Shown piece after piece: positions 35,887-44,611 of a DNA stretch of 64,000 nucleotides. The stretch spans positions 870,833 to 934,832 of the forward strand of contig CAVOIB010000002.1 of assembly GCA_963695975.1 (NCBI GenBank), given 5' to 3'. The position numbers and the translations under genes are program-made. The notes beneath the pieces were generated by a model, which had not been told where the DNA came from, ran no database searches, and saw nothing but the letters and a program-made list of their open reading frames with translations. The stretch is from an uncultured Actinomycetes bacterium. GTDB lineage: Bacteria > Actinomycetota > UBA4738 > HRBIN12. Position 1 is the stretch's first letter. Every line of letters starts with the position of its first letter.

Positions 35887-36285
35887 ATGGACGTCGAGCG
35901 CCTCCGGAAGCTCCCGCTCTTCGGTGAGCTGGATCATCACGACCTCTCGACCGTGGCGCGGTGGGTCCAAGACGTCGAGTTCGTTGACGGTGATCTGCTG
36001 TTCGAGCAGGGAGCGATGCCCTACCAGCTGTTCGTGATCGAGCACGGCGAAGCCGAGGTGACACGTGACGGCGGCCTCGTCGCGACGGTGGGACCCGGAG
36101 ACGTGGTCGGCGAGATGGCGCTGCTGAAGCTGGAGCGGCGATGGGCGACGGTGCGAGCGGTGGGAAACGTCCGAGCCGTGACCCTGGACGCGGACGCCTT
36201 GGCCGCCATCACCGAGGAGATGCCGGAGCTCGCCGAGCGTCTCCGCGAGATCATGACGGTCCGCGATCGTCAGAACGAGGAGTGA
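35887..36285 (+). CDS. Stand-alone cyclic-nucleotide-binding domain protein (132 aa)
   Basis: It has LPLFGELDHHDLSTVARW, then FEQGAMPYQLFVIEHGEAEV. The cassette is GDVVGEMALLKLERRWATVRAV. Confidence 0.8.
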   Translation: MDVERLRKLPLFGELDHHDLSTVARWVQDVEFVDGDLLFEQGAMPYQLFVIEHGEAEVTRDGGLVATVGPGDVVGEMALLKLERRWATVRAVGNVRAVTLDADALAAITEEMPELAERLREIMTVRDRQNEE

Positions 36286-36291
36286 CCGCGA

Positions 36292-36852
36292 TCAGAAGCG
36301 GTCATGCCGGGGCTTCAGCCCGGTAGTGAAGGAGTCGCACAGATCCGTCGAGGATCCGACGATCGTCTTCGAGGACACGTCGAGGATCCCCGTCTTGTAG
36401 TCGTAGGACCCCTTCATCAGCACGACACCCGTCACCCAGAGGAAGAACGGCGTTCCCGTGTCGATGCCCCAGATCGCGCCATCTCCCGCGAACACGATCG
36501 TGCTGGTGGTCCCGTCGGCATTCGGCGTGACCGACACGAGCGTCCGTTCGTCGAGCGACCAGTCGATCTGGGGGGTCGGCGGGTCTGAGGTGGCGGGCTT
36601 GGTGAACAGCGTGGTCGTGCGGGTGGCGAATGTCTGGAGGACGATTGATCCGCGGCGGTCCGTCCACGTGGTCCACGTCCGATTGTCACGGGGCTGATCG
36701 ATGGTCACCGGGACCAGGAACGAGCACCCCCCGATCTCTTGGCGGATCCCCGGGATCGACGCGACGGTCCTGGTCAGAGCGAGCGCCGGCTGCGTGCCGA
36801 GAAATAGGGTCCCGACGAGCAGCGTGGTCACGAACAGAACTGATCGACGCAT
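36292..36852 (-). CDS. Secreted hypothetical protein
   Basis: 186-aa ORF with the signal peptide MRRSVLFVTTLLVGTLFLGTQPALA. It is beta-rich and I recognise no motif. Confidence 0.6.
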   Translation of the reverse strand: MRRSVLFVTTLLVGTLFLGTQPALALTRTVASIPGIRQEIGGCSFLVPVTIDQPRDNRTWTTWTDRRGSIVLQTFATRTTTLFTKPATSDPPTPQIDWSLDERTLVSVTPNADGTTSTIVFAGDGAIWGIDTGTPFFLWVTGVVLMKGSYDYKTGILDVSSKTIVGSSTDLCDSFTTGLKPRHDRF

Positions 36853-36884
36853 CTAGTTAGTCTACGAGCCGTCGATCGCGTGTG

Positions 36885-37850
36885 CTATACGCCGTTCGTC
36901 CAGGCCGAGTGGCCGTCCCGGTCCGTCGCCACGACGCGCACGAACGGCAGGCCACCGACCTTCGGGTGGAACCGGGCACGGACGATGGATCCGTGATCGT
37001 CCCGTTCCAGGATGCGCGCGTCCTCCTGGCGGCCCCGATGGCCGGCGGATACGGCCCATCCCTCCTGGTAGCGCGAATGCAACGCAACGGAGCGGCACGG
37101 ACTGCAGCGGACCTCGATCTCGTCGCCGTCGCGCGTCACGTCGTGCAGGATCGGACCCGAGGACGCATAGGTGTCGTGCCGACGGAGGGCCTCGAGGACG
37201 GCGAGGCGCGAGCGATCGGCCGCCCGGACCATCGTCCAGGCGTCCCCGATGTCGAAGAGCGGGTAGTGGCTGTCGTCGGTCGCGATCGCCGAGAGCGATC
37301 CTCCGGCTTCGAGGGCGAGATCCCAGATGTAGGAGGAATCGCCACGGCCGTTCTCCCGTTCGGCGGACGCGTTGTAGAGCTCCAGCCCGGTCAAGCCCTG
37401 CGCGGTCAGGATGACCTCGGGCGGGAGCCCGCTCCAATACGGATGGGCGACGAACGCCGCGCCCCCCTGACCCGTGACGAACGTGGCCGCCGTTGAGAGA
37501 TCAGGGAACGTCTTGAAAGCGTAGTTGTCGATCGTCTCCCAGTACTTGCGGTCGCCGCCCGGGTCGTCGGGTATCTCGTCGATGCCGATCGCGAGGATCT
37601 CGGTGTAGCGGCCCGGTCCCAGCGGGTCCACAGCGAGCTCGGCGCCGGTGACCACCAGGAGGTGCTCGGTCGAGGGCACCGACGTGAGGGTCCAGTGATC
37701 GGTGATCGCGAGGACGTCGAACCCCGCCCATTCGTAGTGCGCCGCAACCGCCTCCGGGCGCAGCTCGCCGTCGGTGTCGGACGTATGCGTGTGGAGGGCG
37801 GCCTTCAGCCAGATGCCCTCCGCGGCGAACGGACCCGCTCCCGCTTCCAT
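36885..37850 (-). CDS. PHP-domain metallo-phosphoesterase (CehA/McbA-like)
   Basis: 321-aa ORF. PHP motifs: LKAALHTHTSDTDG and DVLAITDHW, with later HPYW and TDDSH. Confidence 0.75.
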   Translation of the reverse strand: MEAGAGPFAAEGIWLKAALHTHTSDTDGELRPEAVAAHYEWAGFDVLAITDHWTLTSVPSTEHLLVVTGAELAVDPLGPGRYTEILAIGIDEIPDDPGGDRKYWETIDNYAFKTFPDLSTAATFVTGQGGAAFVAHPYWSGLPPEVILTAQGLTGLELYNASAERENGRGDSSYIWDLALEAGGSLSAIATDDSHYPLFDIGDAWTMVRAADRSRLAVLEALRRHDTYASSGPILHDVTRDGDEIEVRCSPCRSVALHSRYQEGWAVSAGHRGRQEDARILERDDHGSIVRARFHPKVGGLPFVRVVATDRDGHSAWTNGV

Positions 37851-37856
37851 GAGGTG

Positions 37857-37866
37857 ATGCTAGCGT
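37857..37866. promoter_or_regulatory. Two overlapping divergent -10-like hexamers: TAGCGT on + (37861-37866) and TAGCAT on - (complement of 37857-37862)
   Basis: Read directly. The whole intergenic space is 23 nt. TAGCGT ends 7 nt before the GTG at 37874. TAGCAT ends 6 nt before the ATG at 37850. Both fit the TANNNT consensus, and they share the GCTAGC palindrome. Confidence 0.35.
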
Positions 37867-37873
37867 CTCGCCC

Positions 37874-39748
37874 GTGATGACCGGTATCCGACGCGGGCTC
37901 GCCATCCTGATCGCCGCCGCGTGGACGCTCTCGGGGGCACTCAACGGAGCCGCGTCGGCCGACGACACATCACCTGCGCAGGCCACCACGTTCACCTGGG
38001 CGGACACCGCGCAACCGAGCTCGCTCAACCCGCTCGTGGGGTACGAGGGAGCCGACTGGGTGATCTGGGCGATCAACTACAACCTGCCCATCGAGTTCGG
38101 GACCGCCGACTTCCTGCCCGACTACGCGCATTCCGTCGTTACGAGCGTGGACGCGGCGGGCGACGGCATGACGTTCACGTACCACCTCCGCCCGGGCATG
38201 AAGTGGTCCGACGGCCAGCCGTTCACCGCCGAAGACATGGCGTGGACCCTGACGTTCTACAAGGAGAACCGGATCAGCAACTACATCTCCGATCTCGGGC
38301 TCCTGGACACCGCCGTCGCGACCGACGACACCACGGTCGTCATCAAGACGTCGCAGCCGACGTCGTTCTTCTCGGGGGAAACCGTCTTCATGTACGAGTA
38401 CATCTTGCCCAAGCACATCTGGGGCAAGTACGAGCAGGATCTGAAGGGGGCGAGGCAGTTCAGCAACGTTCCCTCGGTCGGCTCGGGCCCGTACGTGATC
38501 ACGGAGTACACGCCGGGGCAGTCGGTCACCCTCGAGCGCAACCCGTACTACTGGGGCACGTCCGTCGGGCTCACGCCGCATTTCGACAGGCTCGTCTATC
38601 TGATCTACAACAACGAGGACGCCGAGGCGTCTGCGCTCCAGAACGGCGAGATCGACTTCGGGTACTTCAACTCCGCCAACATCCTGGATGCTCTCCGCGG
38701 CAAGCCGAACGTGGTTACCCGAGGCGCGATCGTCCCACGCTTCTCAGAGATCGGGATCAACACGGGATCGGCGTATCAGACGAACACCGCGGGGGGCTTC
38801 TCGCCTCACGGTGACGGGGCGCATGCCCTCACCGATCCGGTCGTGCGGCGAGCCATCCGCCAGGCCGTCGACGGCCAGCTGATCGTGGATCGAGTGCTGC
38901 TCGGCTACGGGATCCCCGCCGACTCCCCGGTGCAACCGACGGCGACGACCGGGGATTGGAACCCATCGGCGGAGGAGGCGCTCCCGTTCGACATCGATGC
39001 TGCGAACGCCAACCTCGATGCTGCCGGGTACGCGAGGGGACCGGACGGCATCCGCGTGGATCCGTTCGACGGGAAGCCGCTCGTGTTCCGCTACTACACG
39101 CGCAACGCCGACCAGAACACGATCGAGACCGCGCCGTTCGTCAAGGACTGGCTCTCGCAGATCGGGATAAAGATCGACGTGAAGGCCGTCAGCGACACGA
39201 AGCTCGAGACGTTGGTCGAGGCCGGCACGTACGACCTCTTCGACTGGTACTGGTTCCCGAACCCGGACCCCAACTTCATCCTGGACATCTTCACCTGCGA
39301 CCAGCGACCACCTGCGCCGGGTATCTACAGGAACAGCGACAACTACTACTGCAACCCAGAGTACGACGCGCTCTTCGCGGCGCAGTCCCGGACGACCGAT
39401 CCCAGCGAGCGAGCCGACATCGTCCACCGGATGCAATCGATCCTGTATCGGGACGAGCCGTACGTCGTCATGTACTACAGCGCGACGCTCGAGGGGTATC
39501 GATCGGATCGGGTGACCGGGTTCACGCCGCAGCCGGCCGACCAGGGAGACGTTCAGGGGGATCTGCTGGCGACGTACGGACCGTTCTCGTTCATCAACGT
39601 GCGACCGGCGGCGGACTCTTCGGGCTCGACCGACACGAAGGGCGCGTCCTCGACCGTGTGGATCGTGGGAACGATCCTCGCGTTGCTGGTCGTCGCCGGT
39701 GTAGTGATCGTTCGTCGGCGCCGTGTCGACGATGAGGACCGCGCCTGA
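37874..39748 (+). CDS. ABC-transporter family-5 (peptide/nickel type) solute-binding protein with a C-terminal TM anchor
   Basis: 624-aa ORF. Sec signal: RRGLAILIAAAWTLSGALNGAASA. Family-5 SBP-like segments: TFHLRPGMKWSDGQPFTAEDM and GSGPYVITEYTPGQSVTLERNPYYWG. The C-terminus is STVWIVGTILALLVVAGVVIVRRRR. Confidence 0.85.
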   Translation: MMTGIRRGLAILIAAAWTLSGALNGAASADDTSPAQATTFTWADTAQPSSLNPLVGYEGADWVIWAINYNLPIEFGTADFLPDYAHSVVTSVDAAGDGMTFTYHLRPGMKWSDGQPFTAEDMAWTLTFYKENRISNYISDLGLLDTAVATDDTTVVIKTSQPTSFFSGETVFMYEYILPKHIWGKYEQDLKGARQFSNVPSVGSGPYVITEYTPGQSVTLERNPYYWGTSVGLTPHFDRLVYLIYNNEDAEASALQNGEIDFGYFNSANILDALRGKPNVVTRGAIVPRFSEIGINTGSAYQTNTAGGFSPHGDGAHALTDPVVRRAIRQAVDGQLIVDRVLLGYGIPADSPVQPTATTGDWNPSAEEALPFDIDAANANLDAAGYARGPDGIRVDPFDGKPLVFRYYTRNADQNTIETAPFVKDWLSQIGIKIDVKAVSDTKLETLVEAGTYDLFDWYWFPNPDPNFILDIFTCDQRPPAPGIYRNSDNYYCNPEYDALFAAQSRTTDPSERADIVHRMQSILYRDEPYVVMYYSATLEGYRSDRVTGFTPQPADQGDVQGDLLATYGPFSFINVRPAADSSGSTDTKGASSTVWIVGTILALLVVAGVVIVRRRRVDDEDRA

Positions 39749-39750
39749 GG

Positions 39751-40725
39751 TCAGTCCCGGATCGAGAGCAGCAGCTTGCCCGACGTCGCCCGGCTCTCCA
39801 GAGCTCGGTGTGCCTCGCTCGCCCGATCGAGGGGGAAGCGGGCGTGGATGTGCACGTCGAGTTCTCCCGCTTCGATCATCGAGAAGACCTCGCCGCTCCG
39901 CCACAGCAGCTCCTCGCGCGTCGAGACGAAGTCCGTGAGCCGCGGCCGGGTCAGCATGAGCGATCCGCCGTGCTGCAACCGGGCCGGATCCACGGGGTCG
40001 ACCGGCCCGCTCGATTGGCCGCATAGGATCATCGAGCCACGCGGGCGGAGACATCGCAGGCTCGCGTCGAACGTGGTCCGCCCGACCGAGTCGAAGACGG
40101 CGCTCACGCCCTGCCCGCCCGTCGTCTCCGCGACGGCCTCCGCGACGTCCTCATGCGTGTATAGCACGATGTGATCGGCACCCGCCACGCGTGCCCTCTC
40201 CGCCTTCTCGGGTGAGGACGTCGTGCCGATCACCCGCAAGCCGGCTCGCTTCGCCAGCTGGGTGAGGAGGAGTCCCAGGCCGCCCGCCGCGGCCTGGATC
40301 AGGCACCAGTCGCCCGGCTCGAACCGGCGGATCGAGTGCACGAGGAAATGGGCGGTCATGCCTTGCAGGAGCGCCGCGGCAGCCAGGTCGGCGCCGACCG
40401 CTGCCGGGATCGGTATCAGCCGCTCGGCCGGTACGTTGACCGCATCCGCGTAGGCGCCCTGGACCATCGCGAACGCCACCCGGTCACCTACCGCCACGTC
40501 GTCGACACCGGGTCCGAGCGCGGACACGACCCCCGAGCCCTCCGAGCCCGCAGTGAACGGAAGCGGCAGGGGATACAGGCCGGTCCGCTGGTAGATGTCG
40601 ATGAAGTTCACGCCCGCGAACTCGAGCTGGACCGACGCCTGACCCTCGCCCGGCTGCGGCTCGGGGACGTCGTCGACGATCAGCGCCTCGGGACCGCCGT
40701 TCGCGTGGACCCGGACCGCCCTCAT
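39751..40725 (-). CDS. qor: NADPH:quinone oxidoreductase (zeta-crystallin/Qor type MDR)
   Basis: ATG at 40725 after GAGGAGGGA (ORF 39751..40833). N-terminus: MRAVRVHANGGPEALIVDDVPEP. Other motifs: GVNFIDIYQRTGLYP and AAAGGLGLLLTQLAK. Confidence 0.85.
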   Translation of the reverse strand: MRAVRVHANGGPEALIVDDVPEPQPGEGQASVQLEFAGVNFIDIYQRTGLYPLPLPFTAGSEGSGVVSALGPGVDDVAVGDRVAFAMVQGAYADAVNVPAERLIPIPAAVGADLAAAALLQGMTAHFLVHSIRRFEPGDWCLIQAAAGGLGLLLTQLAKRAGLRVIGTTSSPEKAERARVAGADHIVLYTHEDVAEAVAETTGGQGVSAVFDSVGRTTFDASLRCLRPRGSMILCGQSSGPVDPVDPARLQHGGSLMLTRPRLTDFVSTREELLWRSGEVFSMIEAGELDVHIHARFPLDRASEAHRALESRATSGKLLLSIRD

Positions 40726-40815
40726 GCGTCCCTCCTCTTGCCATGGCGGATGTGTCGACAGCCTAGCCAGGTCGCAAGCCCTGGGGAGCCCTGACTCCGC
40801 TGGTAGCGTCGGGCG

Positions 40816-41748
40816 ATGCCCCTCGACGTCCATGCCGAGCCGGAGCGCCGGACGGCCGGGATCCTCGCGATCTCGTTCACCACGATCGCGTGGGGGCTGG
40901 TTCCACTCATCCTGAAGCAGACCGACATGCCGGCGCTGACGTTCGCGGCGTACCGGCTCTGGATGGGCGTCCTCGTCTACGCGGTGGTGTTCGCGGTCAC
41001 GGGCCGAAGGTTGCGGTGGGCGACGGTCCGCGTCTGTGCGTTGGGGGGCGTGTTCTTCGCGATCGACGTGGCGTGCAGCTTCCTCGCGTTCCAGCTGACG
41101 AGCGTGGCGAACGCGACGATCATCGGTGCGCTCGCGCCTGTTTGCATCGCGCTCGGCGCAGCCCGATGGTTCGGCGAGCGTATCGAACGTCGCGATCTGT
41201 TCTTCGTCGGTGCGTCGTTCGTGGGCGTGGCGATCGTGGCGATCGGATCCGCTGGCTCCCCCGCCTCGGGTGTCTGGGGCGACATCTTCGCCGGCATCAG
41301 CGTTCTGTCATGGACGGCGTACTGGCTCTACTCCAAACGCGCCCGCGCGCGCATCGGGGCGCTCGAGTACATGGCGAGCGTCATGACCGTCGCCGCGATC
41401 CTCATGACGGCCTTCGCGGCCGTCTCCGGGCAAGGCCTGGCCCCCCCGCACGGCGTGGACTGGGGATGGATCTGGCTGGTGACGCTCGTGCCCGGGGCGC
41501 TCGGGCACTCGCTCGTCGCCTGGTCCCATCGGCACGTGGAGGCGTGGCTCGGATCGTTGATCACCCAGTGCCAGCCCATCGTGGCCTCGATCGCCGCGTG
41601 GATCCTGCTCGGCGAGTCGCTCACGACGGCCACGATCGTCGGGGGGATCGTGGTCCTCGCCGCGACCGCGGGCGTCCTGCTGGACACGCGGCGGCGAGCG
41701 GCGGGCGACACGTTCGCCGAACCCGAATCGCCGGCGCCCGCCGGCTGA
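40816..41748 (+). CDS. DMT-superfamily (EamA-like) transporter
   Basis: 310-aa ORF with about 10 TM spans in two repeats (ISFTTIAWGLVPLILK and GISVLSWTAYWLYSKR). Confidence 0.8.
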   Translation: MPLDVHAEPERRTAGILAISFTTIAWGLVPLILKQTDMPALTFAAYRLWMGVLVYAVVFAVTGRRLRWATVRVCALGGVFFAIDVACSFLAFQLTSVANATIIGALAPVCIALGAARWFGERIERRDLFFVGASFVGVAIVAIGSAGSPASGVWGDIFAGISVLSWTAYWLYSKRARARIGALEYMASVMTVAAILMTAFAAVSGQGLAPPHGVDWGWIWLVTLVPGALGHSLVAWSHRHVEAWLGSLITQCQPIVASIAAWILLGESLTTATIVGGIVVLAATAGVLLDTRRRAAGDTFAEPESPAPAG

Positions 41749-41757
41749 GACCTCGAG

Positions 41758-42750
41758 CTACCGCACGCCGGCGGCACGCTCCGCGCGAGGCGCGCACGCG
41801 GTCGCGCTCCCGCCGGTGGCAGCGTCGAGCCAGCGCGACAACGTGGGGGCGATCAGGCGGGCCATGAGATCCTCGTGTCCGGCAAGAGGGTGGACGCCGT
41901 CTGCCGACAGCTCGGTGTCATCACTCACGAACGCGTCCCAATCGGCGATCAGCGTGTTCGGGTACGTGGGCACGGTCCCGCGGATGTGGATGTTGACCCC
42001 GGGGATGTTCGTGAGCGGTCCGTGCGCGGTCTGCCACACCACGAGCGGCACCCGCCGCAGAAGGTCCAGCATCGTCACCATGTTCTCCCTGAACGCGACG
42101 GGGTCCGCATCGTTCGTCCCTAGCTCGATGATCACCACGTCGGGTCGTGCGACGCCCTGCGCGGCCGCCGCGGTGATCGCGGAGTTCGTACCACGTCCAA
42201 CGACGGTGTCGAACCCGATCGTCCACCCCGGGAGCGCCTCGGAGAGGAAAGGGGCGGCGCCGTCGGCGATCGAGTCACCGATCACGAAGGCGGTCGGGGG
42301 GTTCGCGACCGCACGACGCGGCAGACGGAGCCATCGCGTGACGCTCTCGCCGACGCCAACGTACAGGAGCGCTGGGTCGCCGCCCGCGGCGTAGACCTGC
42401 ATGTCCGCGCCTTCCCCCAGAGGGATGGCATCAGCAGGGAGCGCGTCGAGGGGAACGGCGAACCGCCCGCCGACGTATCGCTCGGTGACCCCGCCCGTGG
42501 TGCGTTCGAGGACCGGTGGTTCATCGTCACCGCAACGGAAGCCGAACAGCTCGGTCGGCGGCACGCACCCGTCGTGGCGGAAGAGGATGAGCGAGCTCGG
42601 AGGCGGAAGCCGGCCGCCGCTGGGACAGCCGGCGGTCGCCACGTCGGGCGGCGACTGCGCGGCCGCCTCCTGGGGCGGGACGCCAGAAGCCCTCGTGCAT
42701 GCCGAGACGAGGAGCGCCACGACGGCGACCCATCTCCTCGGGCGAAGCAT
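41758..42750 (-). CDS. SGNH/GDSL-family hydrolase lipoprotein
   Basis: ATG at 42750 (ORF 41758..43497). Lipobox: VALLVSAC. Catalytic blocks: FVIGDSIADG (GDS), ELGTNDA, and ADGVHP (D-x-x-H). Confidence 0.75.
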   Translation of the reverse strand: MLRPRRWVAVVALLVSACTRASGVPPQEAAAQSPPDVATAGCPSGGRLPPPSSLILFRHDGCVPPTELFGFRCGDDEPPVLERTTGGVTERYVGGRFAVPLDALPADAIPLGEGADMQVYAAGGDPALLYVGVGESVTRWLRLPRRAVANPPTAFVIGDSIADGAAPFLSEALPGWTIGFDTVVGRGTNSAITAAAAQGVARPDVVIIELGTNDADPVAFRENMVTMLDLLRRVPLVVWQTAHGPLTNIPGVNIHIRGTVPTYPNTLIADWDAFVSDDTELSADGVHPLAGHEDLMARLIAPTLSRWLDAATGGSATACAPRAERAAGVR

Positions 42751-42818
42751 GGAAGCAGTATCGCTGGGCCGGAGCCACCTGACCGGAGCGTCGCGGCATC
42801 GGCCGCCGCGGCCGGACG

Positions 42819-43853
42819 CTAGCTCGACGCCGCGTAGCGCTCCGCGACGCGCTCCACGAACGATCCGAACCGCTCCGCCAGCGCGCCGCTCCGGATGTGG
42901 AGCAGGTTCTCGGCGTTCTCCTCGCCTCCGTGGGAGAGGTTGTAGCTCCCCGTGAGGACCTCGCCGTCGGCGACCGTGACCTTCGCGTGCATGAAGTCGT
43001 GAACTCCGCCTTGGGCGCTCCAAGGCGTGGACGTCTTCCCGGACAGACGGGGGCTGATGGCCTCCCACGCCGCGATCTTCCAGTGGTTCGGCGGCCAGGC
43101 CCGCCACTGGCCCACCACCTCGCGCATCTGCGTCGCGTCGTATGCCCCCACCAGGTCGAACGATGCGCGGCCGGCGATCTCGGCGAGGGTCCCGAGGACC
43201 GCGCCCGACGTGAGTACCGGGGACAGGATCCGCAGACGGTGGTCGGCCGCCGCGATCCGCTCGGCGACGCGGTGCGCGAGCGAGGGGCCGCGCGGTGAGA
43301 AGAACGGCTGGGCCTCGACGCCGCGCCCGAGGTCCACCTGTGGCCCCGCTCCGCCGCTCGGCTCGATCCGTTCTCGCTCCCAGAGCTGGTCGAAGTTGCG
43401 TGCGTAGGCGGCGGCGATCTCCGCGGAGTCGATCCTGACGATCGTGTTCTCCTCCCGCGCGAACGCGTCGTCCGTCCAGTTGGTCGAACCCGTCCACACG
43501 TGCTGCCCGTCGCGCACGACGTACTTGTGGTGCATCAACGCGCCCTCGTCGTGGATGCCGCGCGTCGGCACCTCGAGGCCGTCGATCGTGTCGGGATCGC
43601 TCTCCATCGGGGCGTTGTGGGAGCGGTCCGCCTGGCGCTCCTTGTTGAACGCCACCCGGACCCGGACGCCGCGCGCCGCGGCGGCCTCCAGCGCGTCAGC
43701 GACGCCGCCACTCGCGCCGTGGCGGGCGTGGAAGTCGTAGATCGCGGCGTCGAGCGTCAGGGTGGCCTCGTCGATGAACGCCCGCAAGCGGCCGGCCACC
43801 TCGTCGGCCGACTGCCTGCCGTCCTCCAGGAAGTCTGCTTCGATCCTGGTCAC
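42819..43853 (-). CDS. Cytoplasmic phospholipase-D-superfamily protein with two HKD motifs
   Basis: 344-aa ORF. The GTG start forms a GTGA overlap with the upstream LOG stop. HKD 1: HHKYVVRDGQHVWTGSTNWT. HKD 2: MHAKVTVADGEVLTGSYNLS. I see no signal peptide or TM span. Confidence 0.8.
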   Translation of the reverse strand: MTRIEADFLEDGRQSADEVAGRLRAFIDEATLTLDAAIYDFHARHGASGGVADALEAAAARGVRVRVAFNKERQADRSHNAPMESDPDTIDGLEVPTRGIHDEGALMHHKYVVRDGQHVWTGSTNWTDDAFAREENTIVRIDSAEIAAAYARNFDQLWERERIEPSGGAGPQVDLGRGVEAQPFFSPRGPSLAHRVAERIAAADHRLRILSPVLTSGAVLGTLAEIAGRASFDLVGAYDATQMREVVGQWRAWPPNHWKIAAWEAISPRLSGKTSTPWSAQGGVHDFMHAKVTVADGEVLTGSYNLSHGGEENAENLLHIRSGALAERFGSFVERVAERYAASS

Positions 43854-44542
43854 TCGCCGGGGACCTCGCCGTCAGCGATATCGTGGAAGCAGCGGCGCTC
43901 GTAGCAGGCGATGAGCGTCTCGACGGCGACGGCGGGATCGTCGGTGACGGAAACCAGTTGGAGGTCGTCGGCGGAGATCAGTCCGTCGGGGATCAAGGCG
44001 CCGTTCGTCCAGGCGAGCATCGGCCGCCAGTGGTCGGTGCCGAACAGGACCACGGGGAAGTGGCGGATCACTCCCGTCTGGATCAAGGTCAAAGACTCGA
44101 ACAGCTCGTCGAGCGTGCCGAACCCCCCGGGGAAGACGACGAACCCTTCTGCCCCCTTCACGAACATCGTCTTGCGCGCGTAGAAGTGATGGAAGGTGAG
44201 CTCGATGTCGAGGTAGGCGTTGCTGCCCTGTTCGTGCGGAAGCAGGATGTTGAATCCGACCGACAGGCCACCCGCCTCGCGACACCCGCGGTTCGCCGCC
44301 TCCATGATGCCGGGACCGCCCCCCGTGATCACCGCCCAGTTACGGTCGGCGAACGCCTTGCCGGTCGCCTCCGCCGACGCGTAGGCGGGATCGTCGGTCC
44401 CGATCCGGGCCGAGCCGAAGATCGAGACGGCGGGCCGATCGATCCGGTTCACCGTCTCGAAGCCCGCGCGGAACTCCTCCTCGATGTCGCGCACCTGACG
44501 ATCGATCTGTCCGTCGCGTTGGAACATCCGACGGTCGTCCAC
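43850..44542 (-). CDS. LOG-family (TIGR00730-type) nucleotide phosphoribohydrolase
   Basis: 230-aa ORF with a GTG start; an alternative ATG is at 44527. Motifs: VITGGGPGIMEAANRG and VFPGGFGTLDELFE (PGGxGTxxE). Confidence 0.85.
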   Translation of the reverse strand: MDDRRMFQRDGQIDRQVRDIEEEFRAGFETVNRIDRPAVSIFGSARIGTDDPAYASAEATGKAFADRNWAVITGGGPGIMEAANRGCREAGGLSVGFNILLPHEQGSNAYLDIELTFHHFYARKTMFVKGAEGFVVFPGGFGTLDELFESLTLIQTGVIRHFPVVLFGTDHWRPMLAWTNGALIPDGLISADDLQLVSVTDDPAVAVETLIACYERRCFHDIADGEVPGE

Positions 44543-44611
44543 GCGGTCAGTGTCGACGCCGGGCGGACGAGCGACAAGCGATGAACCTCACGGTGGTACG
44601 TTCGCGCTCCA

